A stretch of 64,000 bases of DNA from Candidatus Eiseniibacteriota bacterium (GTDB lineage Bacteria > Eisenbacteria > RBG-16-71-46). Positions within the stretch are counted from its first letter, which is position 1; each line of letters opens with the position of its first letter. Both the position numbers and the translations under genes were made by a program. The DNA lies in NCBI GenBank assembly GCA_963744995.1, contig CAVUWA010000005.1:320001-384000 (forward strand), read 5' to 3'. Shown here in pieces: positions 63,536 through 64,000 of this stretch. The notes under the pieces were generated by a model. It ran no database searches. It was not told where the DNA came from and saw nothing but the letters and a program-made list of their open reading frames with translations.

Positions 63536-64000
63536 GGCCCCCTCCTCGCCCGCCCCTGCCCGCGGGACAGCGCCGCCCTCAGCTTCTTGCGCGCGGACTG
63601 AAGCACACCGCGAGCCCCGGATGCCGCACGAATGTTCAGCACGCGGGTGATGTCGTCTACCGGAAGCCCTTCCTCGCTGCGGAGCAGGAGCGCAGCCATC
63701 TCGATGGGGTCCAGGACGTCCTTCATCACGCCCAGCAAGCGGCGTTCTTCATCATGGTGCGCCGCCTCGGACGCAGGATCGACGGTGTCCGCAGCAATGG
63801 AGTCTGGTTCCGTGTCGTCCGTGAGCAGGCGCCGCCGGGCCACCATCAGGCGCAAGCAGCGTCGCCGAACCACCGTGTACAGCCATGTCGAGAACCGCGA
63901 GCGTTCCTCGAAGCCCGTGAGATCGTGGAGCGCCGTGATCATGGCCTCCTGCGCGAGGTCCAGCGCGGTGTCGTGATCCCGGGCGATCCTCAGACACCAG
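63532..64000 (-). CDS. ECF sigma factor, 5' end outside the window
   Basis: DLAQEAMI, FEERSRFSTWLYTVVR, region 4 EGLPVDDITRVL. Confidence 0.85.
   Translation of the reverse strand, partial: WCLRIARDHDTALDLAQEAMITALHDLTGFEERSRFSTWLYTVVRRRCLRLMVARRRLLTDDTEPDSIAADTVDPASEAAHHDEERRLLGVMKDVLDPIEMAALLLRSEEGLPVDDITRVLNIRAASGARGVLQSARKKLRAALSRGQGRARRGP

Overview
High-GC (about 70% by eye) bacterial chromosomal segment from a diderm organism (OmpA-family and outer-membrane beta-barrel genes). Gene content is reminiscent of poorly sampled lineages such as Ca. Eisenbacteria or Acidobacteria/Myxococcota-like genomes, but this is inference only. About 50 protein-coding genes; no rRNA, tRNA, CRISPR array, transposase or integrase was recognisable. 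Main blocks: M20 hydrolase and speA; a polyphosphate cluster (SixA, two tandem thymidylate-kinase-like paralogues, CHAD, Ppx, PPK2); DEAD-box helicase with a long structured leader; PRC-barrel, rhodanese and transaldolase; cytochrome P460-like lipoprotein; TM0106 nuclease-helicase; a metal-uptake operon headed by a CxxC/RAPP leader peptide; transporters and peptidases; an ECF/anti-sigma/ABC module; Ser/Thr kinase plus FHA-GAF-PP2C; wzm/wzt/pyruvyltransferase; an NHEJ locus (Ku, LigD, MerR-HTH-TPR protein); and an ECF/anti-sigma/membrane-anchored CHAT protease module. The most unusual signals: (1) a self-contained ~165-nt transcription unit at 54990-55188 with a near-consensus promoter, a 16-nt complement to the 16S rRNA 3' end, a 13-aa ORF and a terminator; (2) the paired TMK-like kinases in the polyP operon; (3) the RAPP leader peptide; (4) recurrent leaderless gene starts. 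Several genes between 18 and 30 kb carry single-base indels that look like long-read assembly errors. All product calls come from motif recognition, not database searches.
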